Below are positions 36,509 to 50,760 of a stretch of DNA of 64,000 bases, piece by piece (position 1 is the first letter of the stretch; each line of letters opens with the position of its first letter). The stretch is from Glaucostegus cemiculus. Taxonomy: Eukaryota. The notes under the pieces are model-generated. The model ran no database searches. It saw only the letters and a program-made list of their open reading frames with translations, and was not told the DNA's origin. The stretch spans positions 8,742,001-8,806,000 of the forward strand of contig CDPCPM010000010.1 of assembly GCA_976551045.1 (NCBI GenBank), given 5' to 3'. The translations under genes were made by a program, and so were the position numbers.

Positions 36509-39194
36509 GCATTATTTCTGACCTTCCTTGTATTAATTTTAAAGTTTAAGGATGTGAATGCATGGGAGATGGTGCAGAGGAGAGTTGTGAGGAAGCTGCT
36601 TAGGATGGAGTGTCTCTGCTATGAAGAAAGATTGCATAGGCTGGGTTCGTTTTACAGGGAGAAGGGCCTAAAGAAGCTTGAATAAGATTAGGGAAGACCT
36701 TTCACTCTGGTAGATGGAATCTTGAATGCACTGCCCAAGTGGGCAGCAATGGTGATACCATCAACTTTTTAAACATCTAGATGAGAACTTGAATCACCAG
36801 GGCATAGAAGGCTAAGAACCAAGTACTGATATTTGGGATTAGTATGTGATGGTAGGCACTAACATGCCTGTTTCTATGCTGTATGGTGTTTATGAGCCCT
36901 TCATATTTGATGTAGATGTATTTTTCATTCTGATTGTTAATTTTATGAAATGCTTTATCAGTTTTGAAGGGCTGTTTTGCACTTTAATGTAAAAACTAAA
37001 GGTCAATGGATGGAAAGTTTGGAAAGCAAACAAGCAAAACGATTTGTGTCAAAGAAGCTGGCATCTTTTTTTGATTTTAAAAATGAACAATGCTATGGAA
37101 ACTACTAGATTCTAATATTGTAAATCTGACTGCAATGGCATATTTTAATATCACCTAACTGTGGAAGCCGAGAGTAAATTTTCAATCCTTTTTGTGACCC
37201 AGAAGTTCAAACTAATCTAAATCTTGCACTATACTTCCTAACTTGTATCAGCCTTGGGCTATTGGTATTTCTTGTTTTAAAATAAGATATCATAACCTTT
37301 TCTGTGCAGTAGTTCCACACTTCAATCACTTTTCTTTGCTGAGAGGCTATACTGAAAAGTACGGCTCTTATCCTGGACTCTCCTACTTTGGATATTTTTC
37401 CTCTTCAGCCACTTAAATTTAAAAACCATTCTTAAATATCAAACAAGACCCAGCACCTTCTGTATTTCAAGGAGGGTAAGAGGCCTAGTTTAGATCAATT
37501 TCAGTACTTGCACACTGAGGCAAATGATCTACTTGGCCTTTAATTATTGTTTTATAGCTACTTTCTGTGACCAGCTCTAATTGCATGCATTTTGTAAGTC
37601 TGATCCAGAATACTGTGGTTACATGTCATGGAGCAGTGCAAATTTATTGCATTTGCTTTCAAGCTCAGTAGCTTGCATTTGGTACCTTTACCCATGGCAA
37701 TGTGCTATCAACAGTTGAACCACTTGAGGACAAATTGTGGAAACAGAAATCGCAGTCCAGGAGGTGATAGTCTGGCCTTGGTGCTGACATTCTTTTGCAG
37801 ATACTAAATATTTTATTCCTTTTGATATTTATCCCCTTAAATATTTGACTTCAAAATCTTCTCCCTGGTTTTGGAGCAGGGCCAAGGACCTTTCAATTTA
37901 ATGGCTTTGCTTGGTGCTGCTTCCATTCAGTATCTGCTGGATTAGAGCAAAAACAGTGATGGTGCCTACTTGCATGCCATTTGCAATGCCAGGTTTCTTC
38001 TCTATTCCATTAAGTTTTCATTTTCCATCTATCCTTGCATGTCAAATGACAGCCTGCATCTCCCTACTATTCTTTGCTTCCACCAAGAACCCCTCCACCA
38101 CCCACTATATTGCTAACTTTAGCACTTCATAGCAGCTGCTACTGTGCACGGAACTGTGGGGAGGTTAGAAAACAGATCCTTCACAGAGTTGGAGAAAGGA
38201 AAAATATACTCAGGTGAGGAAATTCAGCAATCATTTATAGACTTTCCAATAATCTGGGTTGACAGGAAACCCATGCCAAACAATTTGGGGGTGGGAGTTG
38301 CTCCAAAACATTGGCAATGCTCCTGGCATGATCAATGGACTCCTAAATCTCTTCACACCTCTGCTGTTTCAGGGTGTTTTCCATTTATACAATACTTGGA
38401 TAAATCCTCTTTGCCCCCAAAGTGTGTGATGTTTTTGGATGCACATAGATCAATGTGTCAGATTTTATCAGTGGAAAATGGATAACCAAAAATGTTCAAG
38501 CATTTTACTTTATGGGGTGGGGGTGAGAGGGGGAGGAGGAGAGGTGGTAAGGCTAAAGGGGAGAGTAGGAGTGCCACCTACAGATTTAGTGCCTGTAATT
38601 ACAGCAATTGGAAGAAAGTGAAGTCTTTGGAAAGTACCATTTACATAACTAAAGAATACTTTAATTCTCCATTGATATCTTTGGTAATTTGTATAATAAA
38701 TTTACAACTCCAGACCTTAATCTTTTGTTCAGTTGTAGGATAAATTTTTGTGGCTAAGCCAGCATTTATTTCCTGTCCTTGTGAAGTCTTAATCTGCCTC
38801 CATGAACTGTTGAAACCTTTATGATGGTGCTTTATTGATAAGAGTTCCAATGTATTGACCCAGTAATTCATTTCTTATTCAGATAGCTTGGAGAACATGT
38901 AGGTAGCTTGTGTTTTGTGCCCTTACTGGTGGAGGCTACAGGTTTAGGAATTTATAACAATAAATGTTGACACAGGATGGTAGAATTATTACTAAAGTAA
39001 TGTTTGCTTAATTTTGGGAACAGATGAAACATATCATGAACTAGATAATATAAAATAGAACTTGTTTCCCTCAAAGGTATTCCAAGTTGTAGTGAAATGA
39101 ATTACCATTAAGGTCAACAAATTGTACATAGTGAAGGATTTAAATTGAAAGCATTGAAGAGAAAACATGTTTTTAAGGAATTGAAAGAATTTAA

Positions 39195-42100
39195 ATAGAA
39201 GCAGGAATAGGCCATTCAGCCCAATGTACTTTTTCCTTATTGAGTAAGATCATGGTTGTTATCTCAGTGCCATTTTCCTATACTAACCCCTTGATTTCCC
39301 CTACTATCCAAAAATCTCTCAATCTGTCTTGAATGAACATGGTGACTGGGCTTCCAAATCCCCTGGGATAGAGAATTTCAAAAGTTCACTACCCCCTGGG
39401 TGAAGAATTATTTTCCATAGCTCTGACCCAAATGGCTTATTTCAAGACTGAAACTTGGTTCCAAACACCCCATCAAGGGGAAACATCATTCTTGCATCTG
39501 GCATCCGTCCTGTCAGATGTTTAAAAAAAACCAATGAGATCATGTCTTTTTTTTCTAATCTCCAGACAGTAGTCTCAGTTTGATTAATCTCTCCTCATTA
39601 CACTACCACCCCCACTCCTCCCGTCAGGAATCAATTTGGTGAACCTTTGTTATAATTCCTCTACCACAAGTATATCCTTTATTGGGTAAAGAGAGGCAAG
39701 TCTTGCCCAGTACACTAGTCTTGCTGGAACCTTATATATTTGTAGTAAGATATTTTTACTTGTGTTTTCAAATCATCTTGCAGTACAGACCATCATACTG
39801 CTTGCCTTGCTTGCTGTACCTGGATGTTAACTGTGAATCTGTGTACAAAGGCTCTGCTCTTTCACTGAACACTTATTTATCAAGCCTTCATGATTTAAAA
39901 ATGCTCTTATTCTCTCTGCTAAAATATTATAATCCAATTGCCATCTCTTCATTCATTCACTTCGATTGTCTAGTATCCCCTAGTGTATCTACCATCTCCA
40001 AAGCAACCGCTTTCAAACCCTTGATGCACAGCATTTATTGGTTTCAGTTGCATTAATTTCTTGATTTGTTTTTCTAATGCTAATTTCTTCCAGCTCTTCA
40101 TTCACTCTAAGCCCATTGTTCTCCAATAATTTTGGGAGGTTTTTTGGCTCTTTTGTGAAGACAAGAATATTTTAAATTCTGTCATTTACCTATTCCCCAC
40201 TAAATTTCTCCTAGCTTGGGCTGTTAGTGACCAACATTAACTTTAGCTGTTCTTTTCCTTTCTTGCCTATGTATGAAAGCTTTTACAGTCTGTACTGATG
40301 TTTCTTGCGAGACTGCATTCATTTTACTTTCCCAGTATCTGGTTTCCCCCTTGCTGAATTGTGATTTGCCCAATCCTTTAGTTTACTTACTTCATTTGGC
40401 AATATATCACTTTCCTTTTATCTTTAAGCACAGCTGGACAGTTCTTCCCTGATGAATTTTCTTTTTGGTTTCCTTAAAGAGATATTTATTTTAAATTATA
40501 CATTAATTCTTTAAAAGTTAGCCAATTTGTGCCTCATAACTTCATTCATAGTTTGCTTTGTTTAGAGTTGGGACTCTAGTTAAAGATTGAACCATATCAC
40601 TTCCAATTTGATTATTATTTCTTCAACTACTGGATTATTAATAATCTTTTCTCAATGCAAAATGTTAGATCTGAAATAGCCTCTTCACTTGTTGGTTCCT
40701 TGCATACTGATGTAGAAAACAATCTCTTGTAGCTTTATCCTCCACACTAACTCTGGTAATTTGTTTTGCTCAGGTGATATGTAGATTGATTTATTATCCT
40801 TGATACACACACCTCTGATTTGGTGATGTGTGATGCCTGACATTATCACTTTAACTTGGATGCCTATGTTAAACCCTCACCGAGGTTTTCTGCTCCTTGC
40901 TGATTCTGACTGCCTTCAGCCCATCTTTTTAATTATCACGACTATTTTCTCCATTTCTATTTTACATATCTCTTCTAAAAGTTATGCATCCTGGCATATT
41001 TGATTTCTGGCCTTGGTCACACTGCAACCAGAACTCTGTAATAACTATCAGATTGTTCCCATTTATTTGTATTTGTGCAATTAGTTCATCTAGTTATGAA
41101 TGCTGTAGTTGAACTTAGAGAATTTTCAACGTTGTCTTTTAACCACTTTTGCTTTTTCTGTGACTAATTGAAGGTGTATTATGTCTGTATGTACGGTCTC
41201 TTCATTTCCATACCCATTTTGCTTCCCGGCACTATTGGCGTGTCCTGTCTCTTTAGAATTTAAATCAGTAAAATAGGTCCCTCATCTCTCCCAGCTCACT
41301 TTAGTGATTGAGGTTATGCATGTCAGAAGTTGGGTGGGGAGAAGATTAAAGTATCATGCTAATCTGGTGTTCTTACTGTTGTTATTACTCCATTTAACAC
41401 GTGCACCTTCCCTTATGAAATACTTGTCTTACCTGCTGCTGAAAGCTTGCGTTGTGCCGTTTTTTTTGTAACTCCCTCCATTCCATTAACTTTTGTGTTA
41501 ATAACAATAGCACACAAAGGAATTCACCTAACAATCAGTTGTGCCCAGAAAAAGGCCACTTAGGCTGAGTCTGTACCCTCCTAAGGAATAATGATTAACT
41601 TCTCTGCTCTTTCCCCATGGTCTTGCAGATTATTTCCTTTCAGAGACTTATCCAGCTCTCGTTTAAATATTATAATTGAATCTGCCTCTGCTACAAAGTT
41701 GGTAATGGAGTTCAGTTCCTAATCGCTCAAAGAAAAACCTTTATATGTTCTTTTGCCATTATTCTTGTGCTTGACCCCTCCACCAATGGGAATAGTCTCT
41801 GTCTACTCTCTTCACTTACACCCCTTTCAGTTCCTACAGAACCGTTTCTGTTCGGAGAACTGCCACAGCTTCACCAGTTTATCCACAAATTAGGGAATAC
41901 TGGAAATTCTTTTTTGCAAATCTCCTCTGCACCCTTTCTAAAGACTTGACCTCTTTTTCTAAAGTGTATTGCCCAGTACCAACTCTGCTGAACCTGTGTC
42001 TTGCACTTTTTATTACAACCTCTTGGCTCCTGGATTCTGCCCCTAGATCGCTCAGGATCCTGCGTGTTTTTTAACGATTTTTTCAACCTGCCCTGTCACT

Positions 42101-42440
42101 TTCAATGAAATAAAAGTCCCATAAAGATCCCCCAGATCTCTACTGGACCCCTTTTCGAATTGTGCCTTCTAGTTTATATTGCCTTTTTTTGATTCTCCCT
42201 ACTTAAATGTAACACATTGCAATCCCCAATATTAAATCTCATTTGCTCCCTATCTGCTCATTCTACCAAACTTTCTACGCCTCCTTTGAAACACTGTTCT
42301 CCTTTTCTTAGTCCGCTACATCTCCAGGCATTGTCACCCGAAAATTTATCATGTACATCCACCTCCAGATCCCTAACATATATTAAGAAAAGCACTGGAC
42401 TGAGGACTGATCCGTGGAGAACTCCACTGTGCACTTCCCA
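39195..42440 (-). mobile_element. Decayed CR1-type LINE fragments between EIF4E1B and TSPAN17
   Basis: CR1 3'-end pattern agcagga.taggccattcagcc at 39200; GV..GSVL.P-like remnant at 42390-42430. Confidence 0.6.
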
Positions 42441-43390
42441 CCAGTCTGGGGGTGGGATGGGGGGGGAGGTGGGAACAACCTTTCTTCAACTCCTTTCTCG
42501 GTCAGTTCTCCATCCATCCCGCCAAGGACCTCCGCTAAGCCTAGGAGGGTGGTGACAGCCGATGTGAGGTTCATTCCGCACCTCAGCCAGGGGACCCCCC
42601 CCCCAACCTCTCTCTGACTAGATCAGCTCTTCCTCTCATGGCACTTTTCCTATCGAGGTGCCTGCGGAGTATTTGTTGGACCCCACTCTTGATGTTCGCT
42701 CTTGGTCTTTCCTCACGTCCTCTCGGATCATGTTATTGCTGAGTTTTCTGCAGACACCTTGGTTCTCACTTGCTAGCTGTCATATGCTTCCCCCCTTTTG
42801 GCTTTTTTTTAACTCTTCAGGGTGGTACTTGTTGGCTACAACATTGTTCTGTCTTTGTTGGGTAACAGTGTGTGCAAATAGACCTGGTAACCACATCCCA
42901 GCCGGTAACTCCGGTGGGAGGCAATGAACAAGCATTCTCCTGATTGTGGGACCAATGAGGATGACGCTCGGCCTTATTGCGTCACAAGAGTGGCAGCTCT
43001 TCGGGATAAACCATTGGCTACAAGTGGTCTCGGGGCGGGTCCCGGGCTGGCTCCTTCGCCGAGGCCGAGCGTCGCGCATGCGCGCCCAGAGCGGCGCATG
43101 CGCGGTTGCGGCGGCGGTGCATGGAGACGGGCGATGGAGCGCCGGGCGGGCGTCAACGGGATGGGGCTGTGAGCTGCGTCCGGCTCGTCCCGTTGATCGG
43201 CCGTTGACTGAGCGCAGCCCCGATGTTTGACCATTCGGTGTCCCGATGAGGTGGGCGGGCCTCGGCGCCTGGCTTCTCATATGCTGGGGGTGTTGATCCC
43301 TGAGTGAAGGCGGCCGTCGGCTCCGGCTCTCTCCCCCCCCCCCCCACCCCTCGTCCGCCGCCTTCCCGCCTTCCCGCCCTCCCGCCCACC

Positions 43391-43471
43391 ATGTCCGGGA
43401 AACACTTCAAAGGGCCCGAAGTCAGTTGCTGCGTTAAATACGTGCTGTTCGGCTTCAACATCGTGTTCTGG
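43391..43471 (+). CDS. TSPAN17: TSPAN17 exon 1: MSGKHFKGPEVSCCVKYVLFGFNIVFW
   Basis: Kozak-like cccaccATG, 81 nt, TGG|gtgagt donor; TspanC8 (TSPAN5/17) N-terminus. Confidence 0.95.
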
Positions 43472-43476
43472 GTGAG

Positions 43477-43757
43477 TGGTGGGGGGTGGTTGGTGGGTAG
43501 TGGTGGGTGGGGGTGGGGGTTGGTGGGGGGTGGTTGGTGGGTGGGGGTGGGGGTGGGGGTTGGTGGGGGGTGGTTGGTGGGTGGGGGTGGGGGTTGGTGG
43601 GGGGTGGTTGGTGGGTGGGGGTGGGGGTGGGGGTTGGTGGGGGGTGGTAGGTGGGGGGTGGTAGGGGTGGGTGGGTGGTGGTGGGTGGGGGTGGGGGTTG
43701 GTTGGCGGGTGGGTGGGTGGTGGGGGTGGGTAGTGGTTGGTGTGGGGGGTGGTGGGG
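43477..43757 (+). repeat. G/T-rich low-complexity tract of GGGGT/GGT units at the start of TSPAN17 intron 1
   Basis: About 280 nt almost entirely G and T on +, with many G3-G6 runs. Confidence 0.95.
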
Positions 43758-46700
43758 AAGCCAGCGCCGGGAGCCTTTTGTCCGAGTCGGGGGGTTGTCG
43801 GAGCCTGTGCTCGATCCGCAGCGCCGGCTGACGGCGGGCACAACAAACAAAACAAACCAAAACTTCCTCGGCAAACTGCTCTGGCTCATAACCCGTCCGA
43901 ATGCAAACCTTCGCCCTTTGTGGCCGGGGAAACGATGCCCGAGTGTTTGCCTGCCCGAGGAAGGAGAAGGGGTGGGTTTGTCCAGGCAGCTCCCTCCTGG
44001 AGTTTCAGTGGGAATCTGACCCGGGGTTGCCAGAGAAAGAGACAGCGCTGTCACAGTTGTTTTTAGTTTGAGTTACTGTGTGTCCCATTCAGTAACTGCC
44101 TGCTGCTTTTGTTTGATGCAATACGGAGAGGCAGGCGGTCGGAAAGGATGCCATTATTGTTAATTTCATAACTTCTAATGCATATTTCATTAGGGAACAC
44201 TTATTTTCAAAAAGCGCTTTAAATTATCCATGGTTAAAATTCTCGGTGCACCAGAGTGTATCCGGCTGCATAATTTCTTGCCTTGTGTTACAAAGATTTG
44301 TAAAACAATATGTTAATGGTGTAGAAGATAGTTGCGAAGGTGGACGGCATATTTTATTGGCTGAGTAAATGTTGTTTTTTAAAAAAAAGTTTAGGTGGAA
44401 TTGTGTATTGGCCACAGCTGGAATATCGCTTACATTGTTGGCCATATTACAGAAAGGGTGTAATTAATCTAGAGTAGTGATGTTCACTGTTTTTCAAGAG
44501 GGGGCCACTTTGACAAAAATATTCAATGAGAGGGCAATGTTAACTCCTAAACATTGCTTAGTGCCCTGTAATTAAGTGATTTTACGGTTACTTGGAACTA
44601 AAACCAAGTCTGCTTGTACAATCAATAGTTATCAAAGAAAATAATTGTTTTTAAGAAGGCACCAATACATAATTTTTGAAGAGTATCATCACATTATATA
44701 ACAGATGGTTACTGGCAGAATACAAGGCAATAAATGCACCCACACAACTTAGTTTCATACCCTACTGGTGCTACTTCTTGATCGCTCATACCTCACTCCT
44801 CTCCATAGCTGAACCCTTCCTTCCTCTCTTTACCCCCCTCCCCCACCTTGTTCTGGACCCCATAGATCTCATTGCTTAAGTTCCTGCACCTTATCTCATT
44901 CTGGGCACACTTCCCCTCATTCCCACCATGGTCCTGCTCCTGTCTGTGCTTTGACTTTTGAGCTGCACTTTGGGTTGTAGGAAACTGTTACAGGCATGTG
45001 GATCTTACAAAGGATGTTGCTGGAGTTGTTGCTCTGAAGAAAGATTGAATAGGCTAGGCTTATTACCAAAGGAATAAAAGAGGCTAATGTAAGATTCACT
45101 GTATAAAACCTATAGGGGGTCTATTTTGAGTTGATGCACATTCATCCCTTTGCAGAATCTGGGATCGCACATTTGTAGTTATTAATGAGGATTTTTTTCT
45201 ATTAGGAATGCATGGGCCTGTAGCTGAGTATTACAGACAGAAATCCTCAATACATTTGAAACATAATTGGAAGTAGACTGAAACTTCAAGCCAATGAATA
45301 AAGAGCTGGAAAGTGGAATTTGGTAGAATAACTGCTGCATCAAGCACACACATGAATGTCTCCATCTGTAAAATGTCTATAATCCTCTGGGCTAGTTTCA
45401 TGTATTTGCTCAGTTTGAGATGTTTTTAGTACTTTTCCATTACAATGGCTGTCCTATCACGTGATGGATAGACACAGGCTTCTCTTTTCTCACATCTTGT
45501 ATAACATTTCATCTTTAACATAGTAAAACAACAGAACAAAGTTCAAAGTAGTGTTATGATACAGGGCCATGTAAACACTTTGGGGTAGATTGTTTGAATG
45601 TTGGTCAGACAGGAAGGTTTTAAAGAGTTTTTTAAGGGAGGAAGGAAAAGTGAGTCATTAGCATGGCAACTCTGGAGTTTAAGACTGGAACAGTTGAAGA
45701 AATGCTCAGCAAAGGTGGTGCTCTTAATATTGGGGATGTTTAAAGCTGGAGGAAGATGTATTCTGGTGGATTGTAGAATGTGAGGAGGTTAGATGCAAGC
45801 AAGATGCATAAGAATTTTAAAATTGAAATATTACTCTGCCGGATGCTGAATTGGGTCAGCTATAAGTAAAGTGGATGTGTTTGAATTGTATGGGATGGAC
45901 GGTTTTGGATGAACTCAAGTCTATGTGGAACATATAATGCATGTGGGTGAATGGTGAGGTTAGACAAAGAGAGTACCCCACCCATCAGATAGGAGTTTAC
46001 CAAGAATGTCAGTTCAGAGCCAGTTTTCTGATGTGTCGGGGAACATGAGCATATTTTATTGGAAATTGAACTTGGATGGACTGAAACATGTTTTTTTGCC
46101 TGTGTTCATTTTGTTAACTGGTTTGACTAGCAATACTATGGCTCAGGGTGTGGCCCTATTTATTGATGTGCCAAGATTTTTAATTGCTGAAATCAATATT
46201 TTGTCTTGCCTATATGTTTACATCTGTAGTCTGGGAATGAATGACATAAACCAATCTAACCAGATGAGGTAGACCACTTCTGGTTATTAAAAAAATGTTG
46301 TGCTTATGGTACAGATGAATCTGTTCAGGTATACTAATTGAAGAATTCTAGCTAAGGAATATAAATGTGTTATTTTTAAAACAAATATACTGTTTAAACA
46401 TGGCTCTTAAATTACTGTTACCAAGGAATGAAGTTCTTGGAGATGTAATACTTTCAAATAAAAGGTATTTCCAATTTTAAAAGCATTACTACAACACATG
46501 AGAAAAACATTTTATTTCACACTGAGCTCACTAGTATTTATACTGATGATTAATATTGCACATATTAAGAAAGCAGTGTCACGTGTATAGAACTATTAGC
46601 TTATGACTGAAACAAGAATCATGATCAGGAATAGTACTTGCTTTGGGGATTAATTGACAAGATTTTGTTCATTTTCTAAGGAAAATTGTTTACTGAACAA

Positions 46701-47004
46701 TTTTGATAAGTAATTTATTTCAGTTGCTTTATTTTTATAAAATTACTTGGGACAAGAACAAGCAGATAATGGAAATTGCCTGTCCTCTTATGTTGAACAT
46801 CTGCTTCAGTGAAGGTCACAATCTAAGCTTTAAAAGTACAAATTTAGCTATCTCTTTTGAGAAAAAGTTATGTCTGGACATCTACAAACTCTTTGCCTTT
46901 TCGGAATGCAAGTTAGAGTTAAAATAATGCTGTTTCCTAGGATCTCCTTCTGATTTCCTTGCTTTCTGAACAACCCTTGAGGATGAAGATTCTTTTGATG
47001 TTTA

Positions 47005-47210
47005 TGGAGACACAAGATGCTGCAGATACTGAATTATGGAGCAATAAACTATCTTCTGAAGAAACTGGGTTGAACAGCATCAGTGGTGGTAAAGGAATTG
47101 TCGACGTTTCGGTTGACTCGGTCCTGATGCAGGGTTGTGACTCAATGTCAACAGTTCCTTCCCCGCTCACCCACTTTGACCTCTGTGGTCTCTCTTGGGT
47201 TTCTCAATAA
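47005..47210. mobile_element. Penelope-derived inverted pair of terminal-repeat fragments
   Basis: Left arm ends ggaattgtcgacgtttcgg; right arm gtcctgatgcaggg...gtcaacagttcc. A further copy lies at ~47725-47848. Confidence 0.6.
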
Positions 47211-48904
47211 CTTTGGGTGTCAGCAGTAACATTCAGTTTACGTATTCCCCTGGTTTTGTTTTGTCATGTTTTATTTCAAAATATACATATTATTCAGTCA
47301 AAAATTCACAAGCATGCAGCACTGGTCAGTTTGATGTTTTCATAACAAGTTATCTTATTCCCAATACTTGAGTAGGTTATTAGCAATCTTTAAGGTTCAT
47401 TAACAATCTTAAAGTAAATAATCCCTAGGTTTTAACAGATTTCAGCTAATTTATGTGCAATGACAGGAGGATTTTAAACTGTGTCCCTTCCCTTTAGGGT
47501 CCTTGCAATGGCAGCACCCAAATTGAACGTGCCCTGTTAGTGCACAGTTCTGAACTTTCAACCGTACAAATTTGCATCACTCGGTCATAGACAATACCTT
47601 GCTCTGGAATATCAGAAAGTTTTGGGCATACCAGAGAATTCCTTTTACTATTTTTATCGTTTCCCAAAGATAGTTTATATATGTATCGGTGTATGTTCCT
47701 GGAAATACCCCATATAGCAAATTTCTAATGCAGGGTCTTGACCCAATATATGGACAGTCCCTGTGTTACCACAGATGCTGCCTGCCCCACTGAGTTCCTC
47801 CAGCAATTTTTTTTTGCTCCAGATTCCAGCATTTGCAGTCTCTTGTTTCCATACAGCACACTCCTATCTCATGCAGCTTTTTGGTATAAATCGTAACAAA
47901 TACCTCTTGTATTTCTATCAGGCCTTCCTGGCAAAGATGTGTTCTCTAAGGCGATTGGCAGTGATCTGTTTGAGTACAGCCATCACAGGGCCCACCATAC
48001 AGGAAAGATGTAATTGGAAGGGGTTTTTCTCACTGACAGCAAAAGCCTTGATGCATTGAAAATTTTGGTGATGAGGTATTCTATTAAATCACTTCGACAG
48101 TCTGCTTGTGAAATATCCCCAATGACATCCACTGTCTTTTCCTGCAAGGTTATGACTTTTTTCCTTGCAGATTACTGACAGATTTGTGATCACAGGTGTT
48201 CTTTTGGATAACATGTTCGACAAGGACAAGTGACTTGGAATGGTACAGCTGAAATGAATGTTCTGAGGCAAAATGGCTATACCCACCCTTGACCTCAGTT
48301 TAGAGTCCTCCTGTCTTTGCATACAAACCATTTTAAATCTGTGTTAAAACTCAATGAACTATTGAAGTAAGTGAAAGATAACTGATGATAAGTAATGGAA
48401 ATAATGTGTTATGGATATGCTTATGTTAATATTCTACATAATTTATTCATGAAAAATCCAAAATATATTTTGAAATAAGAACAAGGTGCATATCTTGATC
48501 TTGTGAACTGATGAGAACATTAAGAATCCTCTAGTGAATATAGACAGGCTGATGGAATGGGCAGATAGGTGGCAGATGAATTTTTATGGTGGGTAAAGTG
48601 AAATGTTACTTTCTGCTGGTTAGAATGAGAGGAAGCATCATAAACTAGAAAGCATAATTCTGAAGGATGCAAGTGCAGAGTGATGTGGGGCTGTATGTAC
48701 AGTGGGTTGGACACAATCAGATTATTATGTTCCAGATGCTGCACTTTGGGGAAAGGTGGAAAGATTTTAGAGAGTGCAAAAGATATTCACCAATATGATT
48801 CCAGGGATGACTGTACTGTAGAAGCTGGTGGCTATCCTTGGACAGAGACGGATATGGGGAGATCTGATTGAGGTATTTAAAATTATGAAGGATATAGCCA
48901 ACAA

Positions 48905-50760
48905 TTGAAAATTAAAAACAAATGTGGATGCTGGACATCTGAATTAATAATCAAACATGCCAGAAGTACTTGGAAGTTGTAGCAGGTGTGGACAGTTAAG
49001 CAAGGGAAGGTGATGTATTTCATGCTGTTGTATGGGAACAGGAGTGTTTGGTGGAGCTGGAAGAATGAATCAGTGAGCTATGAAGGAAACAGTCTCTTCT
49101 GAATGCTGAAAGGAGAGAGGTGATGTGTCTGGTGGTGGAAATCAAAGAGCATGATTCATTTAACGTGGAGGCTGGTGGGATGGAATGCGAGGGTGAAGGG
49201 AGCACTATCCTTGGCCTTGCTGGGAGGAGAGATGGTGAAATGGGAAGAGTGAGAAATATGGAAATGCATTTGAAAAATTATGGTGAAGAGGAAATTAGGG
49301 TAATGGAGAAAGGAAGACCTCTGAGGATTTGGTATGGAAAGTCATGAAAACAAATACAATGGAGACAAAGAAACTAGGAAAATGGAACAAAATCCTTACA
49401 GGAAACATGGTTGGAGGAGGTTTAGTTAGGAAAGAGTCTGGAAAGGGAAGTATTGGGTCAGGGTCCAGAAAAGATTCATTGTGGTTGTGGCTGGAAGGCT
49501 TGAGTTACGGGGAGATTGGATAGGCTGGGGGTGTTTTCCCCAGAGCATGGAAGGCTTCATGGTTACCTTGCAGAGTTGTATGGAATTGTGGGGGGCATAG
49601 ATGGGCTGAATAATTTGCAATCTTTTTTTTCCAGGGTGGGGGAGTCTGAAGTTATAGGGCATGAATTTGAGGTGAGACAGGAAGGATTTAGGGGGAACCT
49701 GTGGGGCAACTTTTTGCACATGGGTGGTGGGTGTGTGGAATGAGCTGCAAAGAGGTGGGTACATTTACAGCATTTAAAAAGACATTTGGGCAGGTACATG
49801 AATAGGAGTGGTTTAGAGGGATATGGGCCAAATGCAGGCAGATGGGACTAGCTCATGTAGACAACTTGGTCGGCATGGATGAGTTGGGCCAAAAGGCATG
49901 TTTCTGAATTGTATAAATCTATGACTCAATGGACCATGTGAACACAGGAGCTGGATGGAAATTGGTAGCATGTGTAGTGGAATTTTTGAGTACTGTACAA
50001 GTACAGGAATACATCAATACAGTCCTCAGTAAACAGGAAAAAGACTTGAGGACTGCATCTGGAGCTCTAGTGTGTATCTCCCAAAGAGACATGCTTTGGT
50101 TGGCTCCATAAGAGTTCCCATAGCCATATATTTATGGAAAATTAATGGAGTTGAAAGAGAAATTCTGTGTCAGAATGAGTTTGGTCAGGTGGTGGAAAGG
50201 GACTGGTTATTTTTCAAGGAAGGAACAAAAGGCCCTCAGACTATCCTTGTGTGGGGTGGAGGTGTGGAGAACATAGACATCCATGGTGAAGATAAGTCAG
50301 TTGAGAACAGGACTGTAGAAATTGACAGTGGTGGAGAGCATTAGAAGAGTTTCAGATACAAGTGGGAAGGGACCATACAAGGAGAGAAAGTACCGTGTCA
50401 ATGTGGGAAGAATTAAGTTCTGTGGGGCAAGAGCAGGTTGAAACAATAGGTCTTCCTGGATGTTCCTGTTTGTGAATCTTGGGAAGAAATTAGCGGCTGG
50501 CTGTGGGATTGGGTGATTATAAGGCTGGAGGCATTGGAGAGAAGATCTGAGGGAATGAGGTCAGTGATTGTGAGGAAGACAATCACCTAATGTTCAATAG
50601 TGGGGCTAGGGTGCAGAGGGAGGTAAGAGGAAATGTCTGAGAACTAACTTTCTGCCTCTGCAAGGTAGAGGTCAATTTGTCAACTCAAGTAATGGCTTCG
50701 TCAGCAGGTTTGATGCCAATGTTGGGGTTGGCCCTTAGTGCGCAGAGTGCTGCACATTGA
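48905..50760 (-). mobile_element. Old Penelope-like element interrupted by a CR1 3' fragment (+, ~49490-49930)
   Basis: Similar to 23200-23340/23880-24010 (TTRHI...SAFRRD..L.SLIH). The internal CR1 piece reads DRLGVFS.E..RL.G.L.E.Y.I. Confidence 0.65.

Larger units (their letters stand above)
42940..43950 (+). promoter_or_regulatory. CpG-island promoter of TSPAN17
   Basis: The only strongly CpG-dense region in the window. CCAAT (42952), ATTGG (43013), GC box GGGGCGGG (43032), and two NRF1-type GCGCATGCGC sites (43074-43083, 43094-43103). Confidence 0.85.

Noticed and set aside
43153-44054. Long Pro/His/Thr-rich (-) and Gly/Trp/Val-rich (+) ORFs
   Set aside because: Translations of the G/T low-complexity tract. 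The real exon ends at the GTGAGT donor after 43471.
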